The notes: generated by a model not told the origin, from the sequence alone. DNA of 34,619 nucleotides from a virus (IMGVR_UViG_3300033181_000230:1-34619); one strand, 5' to 3'; positions 27,636-34,619 are shown, counted from the stretch's first letter. A program made the numbers and translations.

Positions 27636-28664
27636 ATGGCGTCACGCATCCTCGCGGCCACGGTCGCTCTCGTCCTCCTGCTCGCCGGTTGCGGCAGTTC
27701 GACGAAGCCCGCCGCCCCCATGGTCGGCCCCAAGCACGACGCTCCGAAGCCCGTGCAGCTCGCGCCACCGTGCCATCTCTCCCCGCAGGACGGCTCGATG
27801 GGTGCCTGCGCCCCGAAGCCACCGCTCGGCGCGCGTCTCGCCGCTCCGCGCGTCGCCGCTGGGAACCCGCACTTCGTGGACCTGTCGAACAACGACCCCG
27901 TGTACGGCGTCGGTGCCTATCGGGCGATGCGCGCCCACGGCTACACGGGCGCGATCTTCAAGCTCAACCAAGCGGGCTACATCGACCGCACCGCCGCCGG
28001 GCAGCTCGCCGCCGCCCGTCAGGCCGGAGACCGCGTCGGCGGCTACGACTTCGCGGACACCACGCAGGGCGCCAGCGCGACCACCGAAGCGCACATCTTC
28101 ATTGGGCGACTCCGGGCGCTCGGACTGTGCGGCGGCCGCGGCGTGATCCCGCCGACGGGCGACTTCGAGTACGGCCAGATCACGCCGAGCTACGTCGTCA
28201 CGTGGGTCGCCATCGTGCGCCACGCCTGCGGCCATGTCCAGATCTACACGGGGCAGTGGTACTGGAACCCGCACATCGGATGCTTCTGGCCGGGGGGCGT
28301 GCCCGGCTGGATCAGCGGCTACGGCGCGCTGTATCTGCCATGCGGCATCGGCGCTGACTTCCTTGCGCAGCAGTTCTCCGACCACGGCTACAACGGGCAC
28401 AACAACACCGACGTCAGCGTCTACCTGCACGGCTCGGCGAGCTGGGATCGCTACACGAACGCAGGGCCGCCACCGAAGCCCAAGCCGCGGCCGTTGACCC
28501 CGGCGCAGAAGCGTCGCCTCGCGCACTTGATCGGTGCCCGCCAGCGTCTCCGCGGCCAGATCGTGGTCTCCGACCGGCAGGCCCGGCGGGAGATCCGGCA
28601 CCTCCATGCCCTCAAGACGGAGGGCGATCACGTCAACCGCCTAATTCGGACCCTGCGCCGCTGA
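27636..28664 (+). CDS. Lipoprotein GH25-family muramidase
   Basis: Lipobox LAGC; VDLSNN, AIFK, GGYDF, DFE, IYTG, WISGY and QFSD GH25 motifs; basic helical C-terminus. Confidence 0.8.
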   Translation: MASRILAATVALVLLLAGCGSSTKPAAPMVGPKHDAPKPVQLAPPCHLSPQDGSMGACAPKPPLGARLAAPRVAAGNPHFVDLSNNDPVYGVGAYRAMRAHGYTGAIFKLNQAGYIDRTAAGQLAAARQAGDRVGGYDFADTTQGASATTEAHIFIGRLRALGLCGGRGVIPPTGDFEYGQITPSYVVTWVAIVRHACGHVQIYTGQWYWNPHIGCFWPGGVPGWISGYGALYLPCGIGADFLAQQFSDHGYNGHNNTDVSVYLHGSASWDRYTNAGPPPKPKPRPLTPAQKRRLAHLIGARQRLRGQIVVSDRQARREIRHLHALKTEGDHVNRLIRTLRR

Positions 28665-28668
28665 GCCG

Positions 28669-28914
28669 ATGGACGCGCTGAGCGCTCACCTCCGCCAAGC
28701 GGATCTTGTCGGGCACCCGGAGAAAGCCAACGCGCTGCTGATTCTCCACTCGCAGCACATCCCCGCGAAGAACGTCGTGAGGGTCTACCCCGACAGCGTG
28801 CTGTATCTCGGCGCGGACGGGGCGCCGTACACCGCGTGGCTCCGCCGCGACCCGGCGAGCCTCACGTTGTCGATCCGCGTTGAGGCCGGGTTCTGCGCCG
28901 AGGAGGCCGCGTGA
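28669..28914 (+). CDS. Hypothetical protein
   Basis: In-operon ORF whose stop overlaps the next start. Confidence 0.5.
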   Translation: MDALSAHLRQADLVGHPEKANALLILHSQHIPAKNVVRVYPDSVLYLGADGAPYTAWLRRDPASLTLSIRVEAGFCAEEAA

Positions 28915-29102
28915 GCCTCTACGCCTGCGATCTGTGCGGCCACGAGACGACCGGCTACTCCAAGACCACGCTGCTCAAGCACGGGTGGAAGTGGCACGAC
29001 GCGCAGCGCGGCCGGTTCATCGCCGTGTGCGGCGAGTGCTCCGGCCGGCTTGAACCCAAACCCTTGCAGGACCCTCAACCCTCATCGAGGAGGACCGTAT
29101 GA
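28911..29102 (+). CDS. Small Zn-ribbon protein
   Basis: CDLC...GW...CGEC. Confidence 0.55.
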   Translation: MSLYACDLCGHETTGYSKTTLLKHGWKWHDAQRGRFIAVCGECSGRLEPKPLQDPQPSSRRTV

Positions 29103-29353
29103 TCAAGCTCACACGGGGACGCATCGTCGCGTTTCTGACCCCATTCGTGTTCGTTCCGGCGGCCGCGTGGGCCACCGGGCTCGCCGCTCGGTACCTGCCG
29201 TTCCTGCCGCACTTCGCGGCCGGGCAGATCACCGCGTTCGAGGTGACTGGCGCAACCGCCGCGCTCGGCGTCGCGCTCCACTGGCTCCACAACAACGCCT
29301 GGTGGGAGAAGCACGGCGCCGGCCTCCTCGACATCACCGACACCCCGTCATGA
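29099..29353 (+). CDS. Putative holin (two transmembrane helices)
   Basis: 84 aa, two hydrophobic segments, strong GAGGAGG RBS, located in the lysis block. Confidence 0.6.
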   Translation: MIKLTRGRIVAFLTPFVFVPAAAWATGLAARYLPFLPHFAAGQITAFEVTGATAALGVALHWLHNNAWWEKHGAGLLDITDTPS

Positions 29354-30132
29354 GCGCTATCCGATCTGCGCCGATCAAGTTCACCTTCCCGACCATCGAC
29401 ATCATCAACGACCCGTCCTCGGGCGTCGCCGACGCCGACGTGAAGAAGTGGACGGCCGCACTAGCGAAGCAGCTTCACGAGGACTTCGGGCCGCACTGGG
29501 GGCTCGGCGCGCACCTGAACGCCGTCCCGCAAGGGCAGAAGGGGACCGCGGGGCACTGGTGGATCGTGCTGCTCGACTCCAGCGACGTCGCCGGGGCGCT
29601 CGGCTATCACGACCTCACCCCGCAGGGCCAGCCGCTCGGGAAGGTGTTCGCCGGGACCGACCGCCAGTACGGCAACTCCGTGTCGGTCACGCTCTGCCAC
29701 GAGCTGCTCGAGATGGTCGCCGACCCGAACATCAACCAGACCGCGCAGCGCTCATCGGTCGCCTCCGGCGAGTTCTGGGCCTATGAGACGTGCGACGCGG
29801 TCGAGGCCGACTCCCTGGGCTACGAGGTCGACGGGGTCCTCCTCTCGGACTTCATCACCCCGCAGTACTTCGTGGAGCCCGCGATCCCCGGCGCGAAGTT
29901 CGACCACCTCGGCCATCTCTCGGCACCGTTCGAGATCGCCCCGGGCGGCTACTCGTCCATCTGGACCCCGGGGTCGGGGTGGGCGCAGAAGCAGGCCGAG
30001 CACGCGACCGCCAAGCCGGGGGAGCGCATCCCGGTCGACCCGGCCGCCCGTCCGCGCGTCGGTTCCCGCCGGGAGCGGCGCGCCACCCCGTCGAACGAGT
30101 GGCAGCTCAGCACCGTCGAGGCCGCGTCATGA
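29350..30132 (+). CDS. HExxE putative metalloprotein (resembles the Phi-1/EXORDIUM-like motif set)
   Basis: ALGYHD...CHELLEMVADP...ETCDAV...LSDFITPQYF. Confidence 0.55.
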   Translation: MSAIRSAPIKFTFPTIDIINDPSSGVADADVKKWTAALAKQLHEDFGPHWGLGAHLNAVPQGQKGTAGHWWIVLLDSSDVAGALGYHDLTPQGQPLGKVFAGTDRQYGNSVSVTLCHELLEMVADPNINQTAQRSSVASGEFWAYETCDAVEADSLGYEVDGVLLSDFITPQYFVEPAIPGAKFDHLGHLSAPFEIAPGGYSSIWTPGSGWAQKQAEHATAKPGERIPVDPAARPRVGSRRERRATPSNEWQLSTVEAAS

Positions 30133-30788
30133 CTGACCTCAAGACCAACGCCGCACACACCTGGGCCGATCCCGAAACGCCTCTCAACCTCGCCCTCGCC
30201 CGCGACGAGCTCGGCGGCGTGACGCTCGAGCAGCTCCGTGACCTCCCGTTCGCGGGGCTCGCGCAGTTCAAGCAGGCTGGGAAGTTCCCGGCCGGCTACC
30301 CCGCCGACACGGCGATCTTCTACAGCCCACGGGACCCCGGCGTCCACGCCGTCGACGCGTGGGTCGGGATGCAGGTCACCCACTCATGGGAAGTCAACAT
30401 GTACGGCATGGACGACCCCCTCGTGGCGGCGATCACGCGAATGCACTGCGAGAACCCGAACGTCCTCGTCGTGGTGAACCTCGACAAGTCGCAGGCGGGC
30501 GGGACGCACGAGAAACAGATCCTCAACGCGTACCTTCACGACCGGATCGGGAACTCCGTCGCGGTCGGCCATTCGATCAAAGGCGCGATCTCGCACTTGA
30601 AGCTGACGGTGGCGGACAAGCGCGTGAAGTCGGGCGGCTCGACGAACATGAGCCAAGGCGGCGAGGAGAAGCAGGACAACGAGCTGGTGGTCACCACGAA
30701 CCCTCTGCTCGCGGCGGAGGCGTCGTCGGTGGTGGGCCTGAATCACGACGCGATGCTCGCCCAGATGGCGAAGGCGCCGGCCGCGTGA
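30129..30788 (+). CDS. Single-HKD phospholipase D superfamily protein
   Basis: NMYGMDD; SHLKLTVAD...GSTNMS...QDNEL (HxKxxxxD-x6-GSxN). Confidence 0.8.
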   Translation: MTDLKTNAAHTWADPETPLNLALARDELGGVTLEQLRDLPFAGLAQFKQAGKFPAGYPADTAIFYSPRDPGVHAVDAWVGMQVTHSWEVNMYGMDDPLVAAITRMHCENPNVLVVVNLDKSQAGGTHEKQILNAYLHDRIGNSVAVGHSIKGAISHLKLTVADKRVKSGGSTNMSQGGEEKQDNELVVTTNPLLAAEASSVVGLNHDAMLAQMAKAPAA

Positions 30789-31105
30789 GACTCCGCCGTC
30801 TCGTCAACACCGAAATGCTCGAGGAGACCCTCGAGCCATTCAACGAAAGGATGGACCAACTCATGTCCCAGTTCGACGACTTGAAGGCCAGTCTCGACCG
30901 GCTCTCCACCGATCTGCCCGCCGCGGTGGATGCTCTCCACGGCGAGGTCTCGAAGCTCGAGGCCGAGGTGAAGGCCGGCGGTTCCCCGGACTTGTCGGGA
31001 CTCAAGGCGCAGGTGGACAAGCTCGACGGGATCGTGAAGCCCGACGTGCCGGTGACGCCCCCGGTGACGCCTCCGGCTCCGCCTGCTCCGCCCGCCGGCC
31101 CGTAG
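30785..31105 (+). CDS. Coiled-coil protein with Pro-rich tail (start may be 30851 or 30863)
   Basis: Heptad pattern FDDLKASLDRL...VSKLEAEV; GAAAGGA upstream of the internal ATGs. Confidence 0.55.
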   Translation: MRLRRLVNTEMLEETLEPFNERMDQLMSQFDDLKASLDRLSTDLPAAVDALHGEVSKLEAEVKAGGSPDLSGLKAQVDKLDGIVKPDVPVTPPVTPPAPPAPPAGP

Positions 31106-31539
31106 TGAGGGTCCGTCTCCGCGTTTACGGTCGCCCGGCGCCGAAGGGCTCAAGGGCGACCGGAGTGCGGAAGGACGGCTCCCGCTACTCCCGGCCCGCG
31201 TCGAAGCATGAGAAGCCGTGGACGGAGGCGGTCCGCCAGGCCACGTTGATCGGCCGCCCGGAGGATGTGGGGCCGCCGTACGCGGTCACGATTGCGTTCT
31301 TCCACGTGCGGCCGGCCCGCCCGAAGTACGGGTGGCCGGTCAGCTCGGACGTCGACAAGCTCGTGCGCGGCACCCTGGACGGACTGGTCCCCCGGATTCT
31401 CTCCGACGATCGTCACGTCATTGACCTCAGGGTCCGCGAGTGCTGGTCGGACCTTCCGCAGGACGCGGGCGCCTTGGTGATCGTGGAGCGCGCCGAGCTG
31501 ACCTCGGAGAGGGTGGAGGCCGTCAGGGCCGCTGCCTGA
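31105..31539 (+). CDS. rusA: RusA-family Holliday junction resolvase
   Basis: GRPAPKGS...DVDKLVRGTLDGL...LSDDRHV catalytic Asp/Lys pattern. Confidence 0.85.
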   Translation: MRVRLRVYGRPAPKGSRATGVRKDGSRYSRPASKHEKPWTEAVRQATLIGRPEDVGPPYAVTIAFFHVRPARPKYGWPVSSDVDKLVRGTLDGLVPRILSDDRHVIDLRVRECWSDLPQDAGALVIVERAELTSERVEAVRAAA

Positions 31540-31599
31540 GCGATCTATTCATATCTGCATACCTTGGCTGCCTTCCCCCTCACTCGGGCGGCCAATGCG

Positions 31600-31635
31600 C
31601 GAATCCCCCGCTGCCGAACAGGCGCGGGGGTTTCG
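31600..31635. terminator. GC-rich hairpin between convergent transcription units
   Basis: CGAATCCCCCGC (31600-31611) pairs with GCGGGGGTTTCG (31624-31635) with one mismatch, between rusA (+) and ORF 31647-32075 (-). Confidence 0.7.
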
Positions 31636-31646
31636 TCGTTAATGGC

Positions 31647-32075
31647 TCAGTACGTCCGCGCGCGGGTGCCGGTCAGCGCGAAGCCGTGGTGCTCGCGGTT
31701 CGCGCACCTGAGCACGCCGTCTCGGCGGGCGATGCGGCAGTTGATCGCGCCCGGCGCCTTCCCGAGCTTCACCGTCCCGCCGCTCATGTTGTACCAGCGG
31801 TCGTAGGAGAGGCGTGGGAGCCCGTCGTTCGGTTCCCCGGTCGCCCGGTAGCGGATCGGCCGGCCTTGCTCGAGGAGGCGGTAGACGCGCTGAGGACGTG
31901 CCTGGCGTGGGACGCATCGGAGGCCGTTGCCGCCTCGGGTGGCGTCCTGGAGCAGCTCGCAGTAGACGCCGCGGTGCGGGGTTGTGAAGTAGTCGACCGG
32001 TTCGAGGCGGGCGTCCGCGAGCGCCGGGACGGCGAGCATGGCCGCCGCGGTGAGGATGGTGGCGGTTTTCTTCAT
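31647..32075 (-). CDS. Secreted hypothetical protein (putative lysogenic conversion gene)
   Basis: Signal peptide MKKTATILTAAAMLAVPALA; GGGGAG RBS; four Cys; C-terminal C...GV.C.N...HGF.L pattern seen in actinobacterial secreted proteins. Confidence 0.7.
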   Translation of the reverse strand: MKKTATILTAAAMLAVPALADARLEPVDYFTTPHRGVYCELLQDATRGGNGLRCVPRQARPQRVYRLLEQGRPIRYRATGEPNDGLPRLSYDRWYNMSGGTVKLGKAPGAINCRIARRDGVLRCANREHHGFALTGTRARTY

Positions 32076-32563
32076 GGTGCTCCCCTGTGTAGTGCAGCGA
32101 GGCAGCCGTCGACGGCTACGGAGCGGAGCTCGGGCTGGAAGTCGCCGCTCACCTTCCTCGCCGCGGCGCTCGGGTCATTCGTGCCGGCGACGGCTTGCGA
32201 GCCGCCTTGGCACTCGGCGCGTGCGGCGCTGTAGGTCTTCGCTGCTTGGCCGCAGTAGCGCGTGTGTGCGATGCAGTCGCTAGCGGGCTTCGGCGGTGCG
32301 GTCGCGGCCTTGGGACGAGGCGGTGGCGACGGGCGGCGAGGCGCGGGGGCGGGTGGCTTGGGGGGATCGCTCGGGCGGGACGCGGTCGTGTTCTGCGTGG
32401 TGGTCGTCGCGCATCCGCCGAGCGCGAGGACGGCGAGTAGAGCGGCTGCGCGCCACGTTCTCGGGGCCGCTTTCCGTACCGTCGCAGGGCCAGGCGAGGG
32501 GCGGCTACCGTGGCGCGACGGTCGGTTGCGGAGCCCGTGACGGGCCGCTAAGGTTGGGAACAT
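32072..32563 (-). CDS. Putative lipoprotein (start uncertain)
   Basis: RAAALLAVLALGGC lipobox, Thr/Pro-rich tether, and a small Cys-containing domain. The nearest in-frame ATG is 32563. Confidence 0.6.
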   Translation of the reverse strand: MFPTLAARHGLRNRPSRHGSRPSPGPATVRKAAPRTWRAAALLAVLALGGCATTTTQNTTASRPSDPPKPPAPAPRRPSPPPRPKAATAPPKPASDCIAHTRYCGQAAKTYSAARAECQGGSQAVAGTNDPSAAARKVSGDFQPELRSVAVDGCLAALHRGAP

Positions 32564-32570
32564 ACGTTCG
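32526..32570 (+). promoter_or_regulatory. sigma70-type promoter overlapped by a LexA (SOS) box
   Basis: TTGCGG (32526-31), 17-bp spacer, TAAGGT (32549-54). GAAC-ATAC-GTTC at 32558-32569 reads CGAACGTATGTTCC on the - strand and matches the Gram-positive/actinobacterial GAAC-N4-GTTC box. Confidence 0.75.
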
Positions 32571-32590
32571 GGTCCGAGGAGGCGACGGGA

Positions 32591-32794
32591 ATGCGCGAGC
32601 AGGGCAGCGAGGAAGCGGCGGCACTGTTCGACATCGCGGTGTTCATCCGTCGCCGTGCTGGTCTTCTTCCTCGCCCGTCTCTGGTTCGTCGGGGTCTTGA
32701 GCACTGGGCGGGGCGTCTTGAGCGTCGGGGCCGAGCACTTCGGGCCCAGGCCCGCGAACGCCGAACGCATCCCCGTCTGCGAGCGGTTCCCTAA
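32591..32794 (+). CDS. Small basic protein, candidate SOS-induced antirepressor
   Basis: GAGGAGG (32576-82) 8 nt before the ATG, directly downstream of the LexA-boxed promoter; antisense-overlaps the repressor 3' end. Confidence 0.6.
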   Translation: MREQGSEEAAALFDIAVFIRRRAGLLPRPSLVRRGLEHWAGRLERRGRALRAQARERRTHPRLRAVP

Positions 32795-33107
32795 CCGCGA
32801 GGAGAATGTCGAGCTTCGCTTCGATCCGGTCGAGCTGGGAGGGGTGGGCGCTGAGCGCGCCGTTGAGGTCGGGCGTCTCACGCGCGGGCGCCGTGTAGAA
32901 GTAGCTCACGTCGGTCTCGAGCGCCTCCGCGATCTTCGGGAGGTACCGCTCGCTGGGTCGGTAGACCCCGCGCTCCCAGTCCGAGATGCGCTGGTTGCTC
33001 ACGGCCGGGACGTTGATCCGGTCGGCTACCTCCCGCTGATTGAGGCATAGCTCCTCGCGCCTTGCTCGCATTTGGGCGCCGATCCGCACTGCGACTTCGC
33101 CCGCCAT
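32643..33107 (-). CDS. XRE-family prophage repressor without S24 autoprotease domain
   Basis: IGAQMRARREELCLNQREVADRI...SNQRISDWERGVYRP...IAEALET HTH, then a short helix (QLDRIEAKLDILL) and an acidic disordered tail. Divergent from a cro-like gene. Alternative start at 33179. Confidence 0.8.
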   Translation of the reverse strand: MAGEVAVRIGAQMRARREELCLNQREVADRINVPAVSNQRISDWERGVYRPSERYLPKIAEALETDVSYFYTAPARETPDLNGALSAHPSQLDRIEAKLDILLAVREPLADGDAFGVRGPGPEVLGPDAQDAPPSAQDPDEPETGEEEDQHGDG

Positions 33108-33198
33108 TGCTTGCAACCTAAGGCGCCGGAGGCGATCTGTCGTCGCCGTGTCGGTAGGGGACTTGACACTAGCGGGCATGTTGTTATAGAGTAGCGGT
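33108..33198. promoter_or_regulatory. Divergent promoter region (genetic switch)
   Basis: + strand: TTGACA (33163-68), 18 bp, TAGAGT (33187-92), ATG 33199. - strand: TAGGTT (33120-15), 7 nt before ATG 33107. Confidence 0.7.
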
Positions 33199-33456
33199 AT
33201 GGCAACTACCGGCGCAAGTCGCAGTCTCGCCGCTACCGTCGGCGACAACATTCGTCGCTGCCGTCTGGCGGCCGGATTCACGCAGCACGACCTCGCGGTC
33301 AAGCTCGGCAGCTCCGACGCCATGGCGGTCAGCCGGTGGGAGCGCGGCGTCCATCGACCGAATGAGGAGAACCTCGTCGCCCTCGCAGAGCTGCTTGGCC
33401 GTGACGTCGCTTGGTTCTACTCGGAGTCTTCTCCCGGGACGGAGCGCGCCGCATGA
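33199..33456 (+). CDS. Cro-like XRE HTH regulator
   Basis: VGDNIRRCRLAAGFTQHDLAVKLG...VSRWERGVHRP...LAELLG; first gene of the early operon. Confidence 0.85.
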   Translation: MATTGASRSLAATVGDNIRRCRLAAGFTQHDLAVKLGSSDAMAVSRWERGVHRPNEENLVALAELLGRDVAWFYSESSPGTERAA

Positions 33457-33602
33457 GCGATCTCAGGGTGAAGCTCAAGGTCCGGGTCCGGCGAGACCTA
33501 TCCGCTCAGCACTGCGTCCTCGATGTCTTCGCCGGCCCCGATGAGGATCACCTCGTCAACTGCGGCCGGTGGGTCGCTTGCGTTCGGAGGATCGGGCGAT
33601 GA
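33453..33602 (+). CDS. Small hypothetical early protein
   Basis: ATGA-coupled to cro and to the next gene. Confidence 0.5.
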   Translation: MSDLRVKLKVRVRRDLSAQHCVLDVFAGPDEDHLVNCGRWVACVRRIGR

Positions 33603-34105
33603 GCGCGCGACTGATCGAAGCCGCGAAGGCGGTCCAACCGGGCGCCCCCGGCGAGGAGCCGGTCGTCCCCTACGTGGCCCTCGTGCGCGAGGCCGTCGCT
33701 TCCCTGGTCTGGGGCTCCATGTTTTACCGTTGCAACGCCTGCAGCTTCGAGTGGGAGGTCTTTCTCGCGTTCGGCGTGGAGGGACCGTCGACGCTGCGCG
33801 AAACGGGACTCTACGTGGCGTCCCCGTTCGTCGTGGGCTCGTGCCCCGCCTGGCCGATCAAGGCGGATGCGACGGAGGAGGAGCGCGCGCAGTTGCGGCA
33901 CATGGGTCGCTGCGAGGGCCGCATGAGTCACGTCGATTGGAAGCGCGACCGCGAGTTCAAGGCCGCGCAGCTCAGTCCTGACGACGCGCCGCGGTTTGTG
34001 CTCGACGGCTGGCACGGGTTGGCCGCGCTGCTGATCCCCACGCCGGCGCTTGTGCGTGCTCGGCGGTTCCACGCCGACCTCGCAGACATGGACGGCGCGC
34101 GATGA
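33599..34105 (+). CDS. Hypothetical early protein (Cys-containing)
   Basis: ATGA coupling at both ends; CNAC...CP...C. Confidence 0.55.
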   Translation: MSARLIEAAKAVQPGAPGEEPVVPYVALVREAVASLVWGSMFYRCNACSFEWEVFLAFGVEGPSTLRETGLYVASPFVVGSCPAWPIKADATEEERAQLRHMGRCEGRMSHVDWKRDREFKAAQLSPDDAPRFVLDGWHGLAALLIPTPALVRARRFHADLADMDGAR

Positions 34106-34356
34106 CCCCGCCCGACCTTCGCCCCTTCCTCGATGACAAGTTGGTCGACACCCGCCTGAGCGCCCTCGCGGAAGTCCTGGCCGCTGACGTTGCCGCGTCG
34201 CAGGGTGAGCCGTTCCTCTCCCGGTATGGCCGGCTGTTGCGCGACCGGTTCTTCGAGGTGATCTCGGACGCGATCGTTGACGCGGACATCCCGTCGGCCG
34301 ATGAGGTGGCCGTGTTGGACCGCGAGGCCGACTTGGAGGAGGGGATGCTGCGATGA
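34102..34356 (+). CDS. Hypothetical early protein
   Basis: ATGA coupling; acidic helical protein. Confidence 0.55.
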   Translation: MTPPDLRPFLDDKLVDTRLSALAEVLAADVAASQGEPFLSRYGRLLRDRFFEVISDAIVDADIPSADEVAVLDREADLEEGMLR

Positions 34357-34619
34357 GCGCCGTGCGGGTCTGTGACGGGTGCGGTGCCGAGATCGTCTAT
34401 CGGGGCCGAGGTCGACCACGCCGCTGGTGCGAGGCGTGCGCCGAGAAGAAGCGCGCCTACCGCGAGGCCAACCGCGGTGAGATCGCCGAGAAGAAGCGCG
34501 CCTACCGCGAGGCCAACCGCGGTGAGATCGCCGAGAAGCAGCGCGCCTACCGCGAGGCCAACCGCGGTGAGATCGCCGAGAAGAAGCGCGCCTACCGCGA
34601 GGCCAACCGCGGGGAGATC
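34353..34619 (+). CDS. Partial Zn-finger protein with 15-aa repeats (runs off the window)
   Basis: Own translation: MSAVRVCDGCGAEIVYRGRGRPRRWCEAC then (AEKKRAYREANRGEI)x4; not in the ORF track because no stop codon is reached. Confidence 0.7.
   Translation, partial: MSAVRVCDGCGAEIVYRGRGRPRRWCEACAEKKRAYREANRGEIAEKKRAYREANRGEIAEKQRAYREANRGEIAEKKRAYREANRGEI
34440..34619 (+). repeat. 45-bp coding tandem repeat, at least 4 copies
   Basis: Unit GCCGAGAAGAAGCGCGCCTACCGCGAGGCCAACCGCGGTGAGATC starts at 34440, 34485, 34530 and 34575; copies 3 and 4 have one substitution each. Confidence 0.95.

Larger units (their letters stand above)
502..34619 (+). mobile_element. Temperate prophage with contractile (myovirus-type) tail; right end lies beyond the window
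   Basis: Complete ordered packaging, head, neck, sheath/tube, baseplate and lysis modules plus a repressor/cro switch. The left boundary coincides with the truncation of a host gene. Confidence 0.92.

Noticed and set aside
3458-28631. Long minus-strand ORFs (e.g. 3458-4798, 16802-18589, 19362-21002, 23579-25342)
   Set aside because: These are antisense shadows of high-GC genes, with no motifs or RBS and fully overlapping well-supported + strand genes.
32643-32800. attP inside the repressor 3' end (integration-dependent immunity)
   Set aside because: No adjacent integrase, phage-like genes continue on both sides, and the tail does not end in an ssrA-like tag.
33440-33456. C-terminal Ala-Ala of Cro and other ORFs as ssrA-like degrons
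   Set aside because: Many genes here end in AA because the next gene's RBS and overlapping start impose it; not distinguishable from that effect.
34440-34619. CRISPR array
   Set aside because: Units are head-to-tail with no spacers, are a multiple of 3 and in frame, and no cas genes are present.

Overview
High-GC actinobacterial DNA (the protein styles suggest Thermoleophilia/Solirubrobacterales; this is inference) consisting almost entirely of one temperate contractile-tailed prophage. Bases 1-504 are a host OmpR/PhoB-type response regulator that stops abruptly at the start of its DNA-binding domain, apparently at the prophage junction. After it come, on the + strand: a few regulatory/hypothetical genes, TerS/TerL, a portal-MuF fusion, protease/scaffold, decoration protein, major capsid, two fibre-like genes, neck, sheath/tube, a frameshifting tail chaperone, tape measure, baseplate and tail fibre. 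These are followed by an unusually large lysis/envelope block (membrane proteins, collagen-like protein, secreted 3D protein, HNH, M15-like peptidase, lipoprotein GH25, holin, HExxE protein, PLD-family protein) and RusA. The immunity region has a protease-less XRE repressor and a divergent Cro-like gene, both apparently leaderless. A sigma70 promoter with a LexA box over its start site drives a 67-aa ORF antisense into the repressor's 3' end, a candidate SOS-triggered antirepressor. No integrase is in the window, which ends inside a 45-bp coding tandem repeat.
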